From Vicinamibacteria bacterium (GTDB lineage Bacteria > Acidobacteriota > Vicinamibacteria > Marinacidobacterales > Marinacidobacteraceae), in NCBI GenBank assembly GCA_963555995.3, contig OY821641.1, positions 640,001 to 704,000 of the forward strand: a stretch of DNA of 64,000 bases, in the 5' to 3' direction. Below are positions 30,597-39,164 of the stretch, one piece after another (the first letter of the stretch is position 1; each line of letters starts with the position of its first letter). The notes beneath the pieces were generated by a model. It saw only the letters and a program-made list of their open reading frames with translations. It was not told the origin of the DNA and did not search any database. The position numbers were made by a program, and so were the translations under genes.

Positions 30597-31006
30597 TGGC
30601 GGCGAGGGACGGCGGGCTCCAGATCCCGAACAAGCTCTACTTCCGGATCGGCGAGGTCAGCGAGATCACCGGGGTGCAGCCGTACACGCTGCGGCACTGG
30701 GAGATGGAGTTCCCGACGCTCAGTCCGAAGAAGAACGATTCGGGGCAGCGTCTCTACCGCAAGGAAGACATCGAGATGGTGCACACCATCCAGCGCCTGC
30801 TGCACAGCGAGGGGTACACCACCGCCGGCGCCCGGCGGCTGCTCAGCGCGAAGAGCGGCAAGCGCGGCCGGCCGGCGGCGCCCAAGCCGCCCCCGGCGCC
30901 CAGGCCCGAGCCGCAGCCCCTCCCGGCCCAGGCGCTGAAGGACGTGGAGGCGGCCCTCGAACTCATGGAGCGGAACGACAAGCTCCTCGCCGCGCTCGAC
31001 GAATAG
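30596..31006 (+). CDS. MerR-family HTH regulator
   Basis: IPNKLYFRIGEVS, LRHWE.EFP, QRLYR, GYT..GAR. Confidence 0.92.
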   Translation: MAARDGGLQIPNKLYFRIGEVSEITGVQPYTLRHWEMEFPTLSPKKNDSGQRLYRKEDIEMVHTIQRLLHSEGYTTAGARRLLSAKSGKRGRPAAPKPPPAPRPEPQPLPAQALKDVEAALELMERNDKLLAALDE

Positions 31007-31023
31007 AATCCGGCCCGACCCGT

Positions 31024-31100
31024 CGGGACGTGGCGCAGTCTGGTAGCGCACTTGCTTGGGGTGCAAGTGGTCGTCGGTTCAAATCCGGCCGTCCCGACCA
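31024..31100 (+). tRNA. tRNA-Pro(GGG), CCA encoded
   Basis: Acceptor CGGGACG/CGTCCCG, anticodon arm CTTGC-TTGGGGT-GCAAG. Confidence 0.96.
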
Positions 31101-31104
31101 CCAA

Positions 31105-31345
31105 GCGGCTTCCGGAGGGGGCCACGGGCTCGGTCGAGCCCTGGTCGCCAATCGTGATTGGCGTTGGGCCCCCCTCCGGAAGCCGCCCGGCGCTTCGCGC
31201 CGCAACCGGAACTCCCTCGCGCGCTGCCGCGCGCTTCGGCGAGTCCCGATTGGTCGTTTCTTTTTGTGAAAGGGAGTGCCCCCTTTCACACATTCCCCCC
31301 GGACACGCGGGCAGCGAACGAGTTCGCTGCCGTCAGTTTTTTCCC
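31105..31345 (+). other. Multi-hairpin element directly downstream of tRNA-Pro, copy 2
   Basis: Same order of stems as 2841-3087, including TGTGAAAGGG..CCCTTTCACA-CATTCCCCCC. Confidence 0.6.
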
Positions 31346-31502
31346 TTGCTTCGTCAAGGAGCGCGCGTACGGCCTGGAACGCCGGCTTCAGCCGGCACAG
31401 CGCGCCGCAGGCGGGCGGCGGGACGGACCTCATCCCTTGACTTTGTCGGTGGATCGGGGTTGGTCGGGTGAAAGTGCAAGAGTGCCAACGGTCGGGGTTG
31501 GG

Positions 31503-31826
31503 ATGAGCAATGTATTGGCCGCCGGGGTGGAACCGGCCGCAGCCTATACTGCGGTCCGGGAAATGGAGTCCATGGCCGGCCAGAGCGTCGTCGCCCAACT
31601 GAGTGCGCAAATCCAGTCGTTCGCCGGTGAGGTGAGAAACGACCTCCAGGAAGTCAAGTCGCGCCTGTCGGGAGTTGAATCGGGCCTCGCCGAGGTCAGG
31701 AGCGACGTCGCGGTGTTGAAGAACGACGTGGCGGTGCTCAAGAAAGAGGTCCGGCTCATCTGGGGCGCCCTGTCCCTGTTGGTGGTGACCCTGACGGCAA
31801 TCCTGATTCGCATCTTCGCGAACTGA
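31503..31826 (+). CDS. Coiled-coil protein with C-terminal TM helix; 5'-truncated duplicate of 32213-32692
   Basis: Near identical to 32361-32692 but one heptad shorter. Confidence 0.6.
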   Translation: MSNVLAAGVEPAAAYTAVREMESMAGQSVVAQLSAQIQSFAGEVRNDLQEVKSRLSGVESGLAEVRSDVAVLKNDVAVLKKEVRLIWGALSLLVVTLTAILIRIFAN

Positions 31827-32212
31827 GCGGCCTCCAGACCGGCCCGCGCGGCGCTCCGCACCGCGCCCGTCGCAACCCCACCGCAGCCTCACGACCCGCA
31901 CCGCTTGGAACGCCGGTCTCCAGACCGGCACAGCGGCGCTCCGCGCCGCGCACGTCGTGACGCTACCGACCCTCACGGCACGTACAGCTTGGAACCCACC
32001 CCGGAAGCGATACGCCGGTTCCTCCGCACGCCGTCGCGGTAGCGGCCAACGCCCGGGAGGGCGGAGCACAGGCCGCAGGTGGAGCACCCCGCTTGTGTCG
32101 CTTCGCTTCGACTTTTCCACATTTGGGCCGAAAGTGGGAAAAAAGACCGCGTTTTACGTCTGTATAGGTGTGGCGCCCCGGTGCGCGCCGCCTAACCGAA
32201 CGGAGGAAAACG

Positions 32213-32692
32213 ATGGCCCGAACCCAACCGCCTGCCGCCGAGTCACGACTCCCGGCCCCCTCGGACGACTCGTCACGGAAACTTCCCGGCGACTCCGATG
32301 TCGAAACTCCCGCTCCGCCGGGCGCAGGACCCGCGGGCGGCTCCCTGTTTCACGCCCTGTTGGCCGCCGGGGTGGAACCGGCCGCAGCCTATACTGCGGT
32401 CCGGGAAATGGAGTCCATGGCCGGCCAGAGCGTCGTCGCCCAACTGAGTGCGCAAATCCAGTCGTTCGCCGGTGAGGTGAGAAACGACCTCCAGGAAGTC
32501 AAGTCGCGCCTGTCGGGAGTTGAATCGGGCCTCGCCGAGGTCAGGAGCGACGTGGCGGCGTTGAAGAACGACGTGGCGGTGTTGAAGAGCGACGTGGCGG
32601 TGCTCAAGAAGGAGGTCCGGCTCATCTGGGGCGCCCTGTCCCTGTTGGTGGTGACCCTGACGGCAATCCTGATTCGCATCTTCGCGAACTGA
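32213..32692 (+). CDS. Hypothetical coiled-coil, tail-anchored membrane protein
   Basis: GGAGG SD, DVAVLK heptads and C-terminal TM LIWGALSLLVVTLTAILI. Confidence 0.75.
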   Translation: MARTQPPAAESRLPAPSDDSSRKLPGDSDVETPAPPGAGPAGGSLFHALLAAGVEPAAAYTAVREMESMAGQSVVAQLSAQIQSFAGEVRNDLQEVKSRLSGVESGLAEVRSDVAALKNDVAVLKSDVAVLKKEVRLIWGALSLLVVTLTAILIRIFAN

Positions 32693-33071
32693 ACGGCCTC
32701 CAGACCGGCCCGCGCGGCGCTCCGCGCCGCGCCCGCCGCAACCCCCACCCAGCCTCACGACCCGCACGGCTTGGAACGCCGGTCTCCAGACCGGCACCGC
32801 GGCGCTCCGCGCCGCGCACGTCGTGACGCTACCGACCCTCACGGCACGTACAGCTTGGAACCCACCCCGGAAGCGACACGCCGGTTCCTCCGCACGCCCT
32901 CGCGGTAAGGACCAACGCCCGGCAGGCCGCGGGTGGAGCACCCCGCTTGTGCCGCTTCGCTTCGACTTTTCCACATTCCGCCCCGAAATGGGAAAAAGGA
33001 CCGCGTTTTACGTCTGTATCCGTGTGGCGCCCCGGTGCGCGCCGCCTATCCGAACGGAGGACGAAACCGCC

Positions 33072-33683
33072 ATGAACCAACCGAAGAAGAAACCGGCCGC
33101 GCTGACCGCCCGCGGGGCGGTCTCCAGTCCCTATACTGTTCCCGGCGAGAGGCCGCGAGGAGTCGTGAACAGTACGGAGGCCGCCGAGCTCAGGGCGCTG
33201 GACCGGAAGCTCACCGACGGGCTGAACCTCGTCCACGGCGAGTTCGCCGTGTTGCGCGAAGAGCGGCGGGAGGACCGGAAGGAACTCCGGGCGGAGATCG
33301 CGGAGGTTGACGCACGCGCGGCGCAGCGCACCGCTGATTTGGAAGCCGCGCTCCGGGCGGAGATCGCCAGGGTTGACGAACGCGCGGCGCAGCGCGACGA
33401 ACGCGCGGCGCAGCGCACCGCCGACCTGGAAGCCGCGCTCCGGGCGGAGATCGCGAAGGTTGACGAACGCGCCGCGCAGCGCGACGAACGCGCGGCGCAG
33501 CGCACCACGGATCTGGAAACCGCGATCCGGGAGCTGACCGCGAAAGTCAGCACCTCGCTGGAGCGCGGCTCGGGAACGCGCCAGTTCGTCCTGAAGTTGG
33601 TCAGCGTCCTCGCGCTCCTGGTCATCGGCGGGCTGCTCCGACCCTTCTTCGAGCGGGTCGTGTCCGTTCTGTCCGGCGGCTGA
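33072..33683 (+). CDS. Hypothetical repeat coiled-coil, tail-anchored protein
   Basis: GGAGG SD, 22/29-aa repeats AEIAxVDERAAQR..TADLEAALR, C-terminal TM. Confidence 0.75.
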   Translation: MNQPKKKPAALTARGAVSSPYTVPGERPRGVVNSTEAAELRALDRKLTDGLNLVHGEFAVLREERREDRKELRAEIAEVDARAAQRTADLEAALRAEIARVDERAAQRDERAAQRTADLEAALRAEIAKVDERAAQRDERAAQRTTDLETAIRELTAKVSTSLERGSGTRQFVLKLVSVLALLVIGGLLRPFFERVVSVLSGG

Positions 33684-33959
33684 CGGGCGGAGAGGGTTCG
33701 GAGTGCGACGAAGACTGCTGCCGCGTCGGGTTGGCCAGGTGCTTGCCGCCATCGGGGTTTTTTGCGTTGGCTTGCTGCTCGGTCCCGAGGCGGTTCCGTT
33801 GATTGCCTTCTACCTGGCCGCGATGGTGGTTACCCTGGCTGCGGCTTTCCTCTTTGGCGAGCCCGGAGCTTTCTGAGATCAGGGCGCGGAACCGGCAATT
33901 CGCCGGAAGCCCCACCCCCCACACCCCCACACCACCCCGCTACAATCCCACCCGGCCGC

Positions 33960-34033
33960 CGGGGCGTGGCTCAGTCTGGCAGAGCACCTGGTTCGGGATC
34001 AGGGGGTCGCAGGTTCAAATCCTGCCGCCCCGA
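33960..34033 (+). tRNA. tRNA-Pro(CGG)
   Basis: Acceptor CGGGGCG/CGCCCCG, anticodon arm CCTGG-TTCGGGA-TCAGG, TACAAT -10 box at 33941. Confidence 0.96.
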
Positions 34034-34418
34034 CGCGGCCCGTCCTTCCGGACGGGTTCCGGGCCCTGAGGCGGCCATGGCATTCGGCTCCGTCGGACGC
34101 ACCTTCCCGTTCCGCCCCCTCCCGCCAGGGACCGGGCCCAACTTCACCGGCACTTGCCATGAGCCAAAACGTGTATATTCCGGCGCTCTTGCCGGGCGCG
34201 TCGTGCCCCGGCGAGCGCCATTTTTCATGCTCTTGCTTCTTGACATTGCCGAATTGGATGTGATGGAGTTACCGCGCATGTTCGCCCCGGCCACCTCTGC
34301 CCGCTCCACGGTCAGGGTGCGTTCGAAGGTTTACGAAGCCGATTCCTTGCCCCTTGCCCCGGAGACGCATATACTTGCCGCCCGGATGGCGGGTGCGGGA
34401 ACGCATCGGCAATCCCTG

Positions 34419-34510
34419 TCCTACTGGAGGTAGGAAGAATCACACGAGACGGCGCTTGGCCCCCTCAAGGGGCGCCGAACCTGTCCCAATAACGCCCTAC
34501 AGGAGGTAGG
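34419..34510 (+). promoter_or_regulatory. Two GGA-loop hairpins in the 5' UTR (CsrA/RsmA-like sites)
   Basis: CCTAC-TGGAG-GTAGG at 34420 and CCTAC-AGGAG-GTAGG at 34496; the second overlaps the SD. Confidence 0.45.
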
Positions 34511-34514
34511 CGAA

Positions 34515-36359
34515 ATGACGCAGATCACGAGGAAGTCGGTCCCCATGCGCGGGCTGATTCTCCTTCTTGCCATGTTCCTGGGTGCCGGTCTCGTGCTCTC
34601 GGGCTGCGGCGACGACGACACCGCTACCACACCGGCGCCGGCGCCGCCACCGCCACCGCCAGCTCCGGAGCCGGAGCCGGAACCCGAGCCCGAGCCGGAG
34701 CCCGAGCCGGAACCCGAGCCGACTCCGCTCCACGCTCATTTCGAGATTCCGGAGGATGCCGATTCCCCGTATCCGATGATTGCGGACGACGGCACCGACG
34801 AGGAGACCGCCATGGCGCACGTCAACCCGCAGATGGTGGTCGAGATGAACATGGCGGGCATCGTGACGCCGCTCTTCGTCGAGGGCGCCGCCCCGATCGG
34901 CCTGATCCCCGGTGACAACCTGCCTTTCGCCTACGTCGACTGGAAAGCCATGCAGAGCGAAGTGGTCAGCGCCACGGGCGCGCAGTTCTCGGTCATCCCG
35001 GTAGAGATCGGCGCCAACCAGGTCCCGGTTCCGATCGGACCGGGGGTCATCGTGTCCTGCGGCCCGTTCGCGTGCTCGGAGAGTGCGATGGCGCCGGAGA
35101 TCACCATCGCCGACTCGGCGGCGTGCCAGGGCTGGGACCCGATGTTCACGCTTGAAGTCGGTCGGGTGAACAACGGCCTTGGGATCGACACCACCGACGC
35201 CAACGACACGATTGATCCGCATGAGATGACCGGGATTGACCTCGGCTGGAGCTACACGTCGAGCCAGGACTTCACCGCGACCCACGACATCGTGACGACC
35301 ATGACCAAGCTGAGCGGCGCCAAGGCTTCCTCGGCGGCCGACCTGCGGGTTCCCAACGTGGGCGACGGGATCATGGGGTCCTTCTACGACAAGGACAAGG
35401 ACGGCGCGCACGACGCCGCCGACGGCGACGTCATGAATGCCTGCTTTACCTACCCCGACGTCACCGGACAGGTCCAGATGCCCGGCGGCAAGCAGTGCTT
35501 CCGCGTCGCGCACGACAAGAACAACGACTACCTGAGCAACTACACGCTGACGGTGACGCCCAAGGACTCTTCCGTGATGTGGGGCAAGATCGCCTGGGAG
35601 GCGTTCGACGGCCTCGACTGCGGCCCGATGCCCTACGACACCTCCGGCGTGGATGTCTGCGCGATGTTCGCCGAGGACGTGGCGAACCTGGGCAAGGTGA
35701 CCGCCCCGGCGACGGTGGCCGACAACCGGATCTCCGGATGGAATCTCGCCATCGAGGCGAACGACGCCGACAAGCGGAACTTCAGCCACCTCTGGTACAT
35801 GCAGGCGACCAAGGCCACCTCCTCCAAGGATGCGTCCAAAGCCAACACCGTGGATCTCTACACCGGAGGGACCACGACTGCCACCGCTGCCACAGGGATT
35901 ACCGCGAACCAGGTTTCCAAGACGAACGCCGATGGCGCCCCCGCTGTCTTTTGGATCCCCTTCGCTGACGACGACAGCGACCCGATGTACGGCGACCTCG
36001 GTCTCACGGACACTACTGGTGACGATGCGATCGACAACGCCCCGGGCGGCCTCTGGGACGAGATCGAGTGCACCGCCGACGACGGGGGCACGAAGCGCAG
36101 CGACGACGATGACGACGCCGACACCGAAAAGGAAGACGACGGCACGCTCTGTGACGCCGAGGACGTGATGATCGAGACTTCGGTCACCTTCGTGGACGGC
36201 ATCGGCATGGGCTGTTCCGAGACGGTGGACTACACGCTGACCTGCCAGTGGGACGCCGACGGCGGCGTCAGCGTTGCCTCGGATGGGACCACGCGCACCA
36301 CGTCGGTTCCGTTCACCCAGGACAACGTCTCCAGATTCCTCTCCTGCAAGGTGAGCTGA
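34515..36359 (+). CDS. Acidic, Cys-containing surface lipoprotein with a Pro/(PE)n linker
   Basis: Lipobox LSGC, P-rich and PEPEPE linker, host-like codon usage, SD. Confidence 0.8.
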   Translation: MTQITRKSVPMRGLILLLAMFLGAGLVLSGCGDDDTATTPAPAPPPPPPAPEPEPEPEPEPEPEPEPEPTPLHAHFEIPEDADSPYPMIADDGTDEETAMAHVNPQMVVEMNMAGIVTPLFVEGAAPIGLIPGDNLPFAYVDWKAMQSEVVSATGAQFSVIPVEIGANQVPVPIGPGVIVSCGPFACSESAMAPEITIADSAACQGWDPMFTLEVGRVNNGLGIDTTDANDTIDPHEMTGIDLGWSYTSSQDFTATHDIVTTMTKLSGAKASSAADLRVPNVGDGIMGSFYDKDKDGAHDAADGDVMNACFTYPDVTGQVQMPGGKQCFRVAHDKNNDYLSNYTLTVTPKDSSVMWGKIAWEAFDGLDCGPMPYDTSGVDVCAMFAEDVANLGKVTAPATVADNRISGWNLAIEANDADKRNFSHLWYMQATKATSSKDASKANTVDLYTGGTTTATAATGITANQVSKTNADGAPAVFWIPFADDDSDPMYGDLGLTDTTGDDAIDNAPGGLWDEIECTADDGGTKRSDDDDDADTEKEDDGTLCDAEDVMIETSVTFVDGIGMGCSETVDYTLTCQWDADGGVSVASDGTTRTTSVPFTQDNVSRFLSCKVS

Positions 36360-36393
36360 GGAGTCCCTCTCCTTAGACACTCCTTCACGCAAC

Positions 36394-36432
36394 GGGAACC
36401 CCGGGGCCATCCGGCCCCGGGGTTCTTCCTTT
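36394..36432 (+). terminator. Intrinsic terminator
   Basis: GAACCCCGGGGCC-ATCC-GGCCCCGGGGTTC followed by TTCCTTT. Confidence 0.75.
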
Positions 36433-36556
36433 GTGCGAGAAGCACCACCGGCGCCCCGGGTCGAGACCTGTTTCGGCACGATCGGCGCCCACGCACCGAA
36501 CGGCCGGCCGGCATGGTCACGCCCGTGCCCCCGGGCCGGTTCCACCCACTCCCCCC

Positions 36557-38278
36557 ATGGCGCATACCCCTGACTCACTCGTGTTCCGGGCCGACCGGCC
36601 CTGGCCGAACGCCCGGCTCAGGACCGGCGCGATCGTCGGCCATACCACCTCGTCCTCGGTGCGCCTCTGGGTGCGCACCGGGCGGCCCGGGGACTTCTCC
36701 CTCTTCCTCTACGACCCGCGCGAGGCAATGGACTCGCCGGAGGGAAGAAGGAGGCTCCGCGCCGCCATCGGAGCGGCCCCGCTGACGACGGCCGCCGCGA
36801 TGAGCGGGGCGCACTGGCCGGGAGGCCGCGTTCCCCGCCGTACCGACTTCGAGGTCTCCGACTGGTCCGGCGACACGACCCGCGTTCTCGACGTCGCCGG
36901 GCTCGAACCGGAGACCTGGTACGGATACGCCCTCCACGCGCGGGACGACGAACGGATGCTGTTCGGCCACAACCGGCTGCGCCGGTTCCGGACCCCGGCG
37001 GCGGAAGCGGAACGGCGCCCGTTCCGGATCGCCCTCCTCTCCTGCCACATGCCCTACCGGGTCAGCGGCCTGTTCCGGAAGCGTACGGAACTCGCCAGTC
37101 CGGAGATGTGGGACTACCTGGCGGAGACGCTCGGTCAGGTCGAGGACGAGGTGGCGGTCGTCATCGCGGGCGGCGACCAGGTGTACTCCGACGGCGTCCC
37201 GACGCTCGACATCTGGAAGCTCCTGAACCGCTCCATGCGCCGGGAGGGCGACCGGCTTCTGCCGGACGAGCAGGACATGCTCAGTTGGTACCGGGACATC
37301 TACCGCGGCTACTGGGGCTTCGATGGGGTGCAGCGCGTATTCGACCGCTACCCGACGTACATGGTCTGGGACGACCACGAGATCGCCGACGGGTGGGGGT
37401 CGCGCCACCTCGGCGACGACGGCCCGGACGACGGACTGGCGCAGATGCTCCCGGACCTCGAGGACCGCGGCCTCAGCCGGGAGGACGGCCGGGTGCTGGT
37501 CCAGCGGATGTTCGGGGCGGCGGTGCGCGCCTACGAGGAATACCAGCACTCGCACAACCCGGGGACGGCGCCGGGAGTGTGGGACTATTCCTTCCGCCGC
37601 AGCGGGGCGGCGTTCTACGTCCTCGACGGCCGGGGAAACCGGGACGTCGGGCGGGACACCAACCGCATTCTGGGATCGGCGCAGCTTGCGCGGCTCGAGG
37701 AATGGGCCGCCGCCCTCGATCCGGACGAGACTCCGTTCGTCTTCGTGACCACCGCGGTCCCGCTGCTCCACGCGCGCGCCGCCCTGGTCGGCGCCGACCG
37801 CCGCAAGGTCATGGAGGCGCTCGACTTCGGCGATGACCTCCGGGACGCGTGGGAGCACGGGCTCCACGACGCGGAGCGGCGCGCGCTGCTCGAGGTCCTG
37901 TTCGGCCTGGCGAGCCGGGGTCACCGGGTGGCGGTCCTGAGCGGCGACGTTCACGTGAGCGCGGCGTTCTCCATCGAGGACGACGGCGGCGCCCGCATCT
38001 GGCAGCTCACCTCCAGCGCGATCTCCCGGCACTACTCGCGCCCGCTCTCCTGGGGGCTTCGCTTCGGCGCCTCCGACGACGGGCAAACGCCGGACGGGCA
38101 CCGGTTCGCGCGACACGCCCTCTACGTGGATGCGAACTACGCGGTGGTGCGCGTGGACCCCGCCGGGTCCCGGGCGTGGTTCGAGATCTACGGGGCGCAG
38201 ACGGTGGAGCCGCCCCCCGGCTACGGCGAGCGGTCCTTCCCGCTGCGCAACGCGATCTGCCGGATCGAGATCTCCTGA
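36557..38278 (+). CDS. PhoD-like metallophosphoesterase
   Basis: LSCH, GGDQVYSD, WDDHEI.DGWG, LSGDVH. No obvious Tat signal. Confidence 0.85.
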   Translation: MAHTPDSLVFRADRPWPNARLRTGAIVGHTTSSSVRLWVRTGRPGDFSLFLYDPREAMDSPEGRRRLRAAIGAAPLTTAAAMSGAHWPGGRVPRRTDFEVSDWSGDTTRVLDVAGLEPETWYGYALHARDDERMLFGHNRLRRFRTPAAEAERRPFRIALLSCHMPYRVSGLFRKRTELASPEMWDYLAETLGQVEDEVAVVIAGGDQVYSDGVPTLDIWKLLNRSMRREGDRLLPDEQDMLSWYRDIYRGYWGFDGVQRVFDRYPTYMVWDDHEIADGWGSRHLGDDGPDDGLAQMLPDLEDRGLSREDGRVLVQRMFGAAVRAYEEYQHSHNPGTAPGVWDYSFRRSGAAFYVLDGRGNRDVGRDTNRILGSAQLARLEEWAAALDPDETPFVFVTTAVPLLHARAALVGADRRKVMEALDFGDDLRDAWEHGLHDAERRALLEVLFGLASRGHRVAVLSGDVHVSAAFSIEDDGGARIWQLTSSAISRHYSRPLSWGLRFGASDDGQTPDGHRFARHALYVDANYAVVRVDPAGSRAWFEIYGAQTVEPPPGYGERSFPLRNAICRIEIS

Positions 38279-38330
38279 ACGGTCCCGCGCGTGACGATCC
38301 GAACCACCATCGGCGAGGAGACGCCCCGAG

Positions 38331-39164
38331 ATGCCTGATCCGTCCGCGCCCCCGCCCACCCTTCCACCCCGGAGATCGCCGCAGACCGGCCTCCCGGGTC
38401 AGCGGTGGGAGCGGTGGCACACCGTGACCCTGCTCCTGATCCTGGCGTTCTTCTGCTGGATGGCGATCTGGCCGCGGGACTGGGGCCTCCACCACAAGTG
38501 GCTTGCCGTCGTGCTCGCTCTCGTCGCGTTCATCATGATCGCCGGCCTCGGGGTCACGGGCGTCTGGCGCGGGGCGTTCATTGACGAGCGCAACATGATC
38601 AGCCTGTCGCGGTTCCAGATGCTCGCCTGGACGGTGATGGTGCTCTCGGCCTACGGGGTGATCACGATCGCCCGCACCCGGACGGACCCGCTCACCGCGC
38701 TTGATGTGGGCGTGCCGCAGGAACTCTGGATCCTGATGGGGATCAGCACCACCGCCCTGGTCGGATCGCCGCTCCTGAAGAACACGAAGAAGGATCCGCG
38801 TTTCGCGTTGGACGCCGATGACCAGGCGCAGGCGCTCGACAACCAGCGGGAGGGTCTGGCCGGGCAGGTCCGGGTCGAAGGGAGGATCGTGTCCAAGAAG
38901 AGCATCGAGGACGCGCGCTGGTCCGACCTGTTCATCGGCGAGGAAGTCTCGAACGTCGCGCACCTGAACCTCGCGAAGATCCAGATGTTCTTCTTCACGG
39001 TCCTCGTGCTGCTCTCGTACGGGATCGCGGTAGGAAGGCTGCTGGCCTCCCCCGAGGATCCCGGTTCGCTGCCGGAGGTCGGAAAAGGCATGCTGACGCT
39101 CTTCGGCATCAGCAACAGCGGCTACCTGATTGACAAGGCGATCCCGTCGGGTCGCTCGCTGTAA
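38331..39164 (+). CDS. Hypothetical multi-pass membrane protein
   Basis: Several hydrophobic helices and an internal repeat (SLSRFQMLAWT..LMGIS / NLAKIQMFFFT..LFGIS). Confidence 0.75.
   Translation: MPDPSAPPPTLPPRRSPQTGLPGQRWERWHTVTLLLILAFFCWMAIWPRDWGLHHKWLAVVLALVAFIMIAGLGVTGVWRGAFIDERNMISLSRFQMLAWTVMVLSAYGVITIARTRTDPLTALDVGVPQELWILMGISTTALVGSPLLKNTKKDPRFALDADDQAQALDNQREGLAGQVRVEGRIVSKKSIEDARWSDLFIGEEVSNVAHLNLAKIQMFFFTVLVLLSYGIAVGRLLASPEDPGSLPEVGKGMLTLFGISNSGYLIDKAIPSGRSL

Noticed and set aside
31024-34033. attL/attR duplication between the two tRNA-Pro genes
   Set aside because: They are two complete, different isoacceptors (GGG and CGG) with different 3' sequences, not a duplicated att core.
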